Both the position numbers and the translations under genes were made by a program. 18,074 nt of DNA from Thermotogota bacterium (GTDB taxonomy: Bacteria; Thermotogota; Thermotogae; Petrotogales; Petrotogaceae): assembly GCA_051748045.1 (NCBI GenBank), contig JBNJGY010000043.1:1-18074 (forward strand), read 5' to 3'. Under the pieces are notes generated by a model that made no database searches, was not told where the DNA came from, and saw only the letters and a list, made by a program, of their open reading frames with translations. Below are positions 17,790 to 18,074 of the stretch, in pieces; within the stretch, counting starts at the first letter, position 1; the number at the start of each line of letters is the position of its first letter.

Positions 17790-17896
17790 CTGTTGGAGGA
17801 TGGAAGAAAAAACATAATCAAAAGCCTTTTGCGAATGTCATGTCGACTAAACGAAGTGCATGGAGACAACCCATCAGTCAATTTTCGAAGAAAATT
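17790..17896. repeat. Second copy of the repeat modules seen at 9387-9848
   Basis: 17836-17859 is 22/24 identical to 9422-9445. catcagtcaattttc-gaa-gaaaatt resembles 9561-9586. Reverse heptamer tract at 17792-17806. Confidence 0.75.
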
Positions 17897-17955
17897 TATA
17901 AAAATCAATTGCGAAATATAAAAACTCAAAGTAGGTCGTTTTTTAACCTTCGTTC

Positions 17956-18049
17956 AACAATAAAATTGATGTACTGCTCATATTATCCGTCCATGGATAA
18001 ATTCGCATGAAAAACATCCGTGTTTTTCAACATCAATTTTTATATTGTT
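17956..18049. other. Branched palindromic element (three-way junction)
   Basis: Outer stem aaaattgatgt (17962-17972) / acatcaatttt (18030-18040) encloses hairpins ttatcc-gtccat-ggataa and tgaaaaaca-tccg-tgtttttca. Confidence 0.65.
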
Positions 18050-18074
18050 TCACTCAGTAAAACTCCAATACTTT

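Overview
AT-rich bacterial chromosomal window; a Thermotogota/Petrotogales or clostridia-like origin is only a guess from composition and gene style. In order it contains: a partial ROK-family regulator and a small Cys-cluster protein (minus strand); a guanine riboswitch with a readable terminator/antiterminator controlling purE-purC-purS-purQ-purL-purF-purM-purN (no purK, purD, purH or purB here); an orphan 109-aa ORF; a ~600-bp structured non-coding region; a prolyl oligopeptidase; a cardiolipin synthase with a GlpA-like FAD/[2Fe-2S] oxidoreductase; a membrane-anchored hypothetical protein; and an Lsa-like ABC-F ribosome-protection gene behind an unannotated 27-aa leader peptide and attenuator. 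The least explained signal is a modular non-coding repeat family built from TGTCA-tagged palindromes with covarying stems, 7-nt-period tracts and a CATCAGT hairpin. It occurs at both 9387-9848 and 17790-17896. A separate three-way-junction element lies at the window end.
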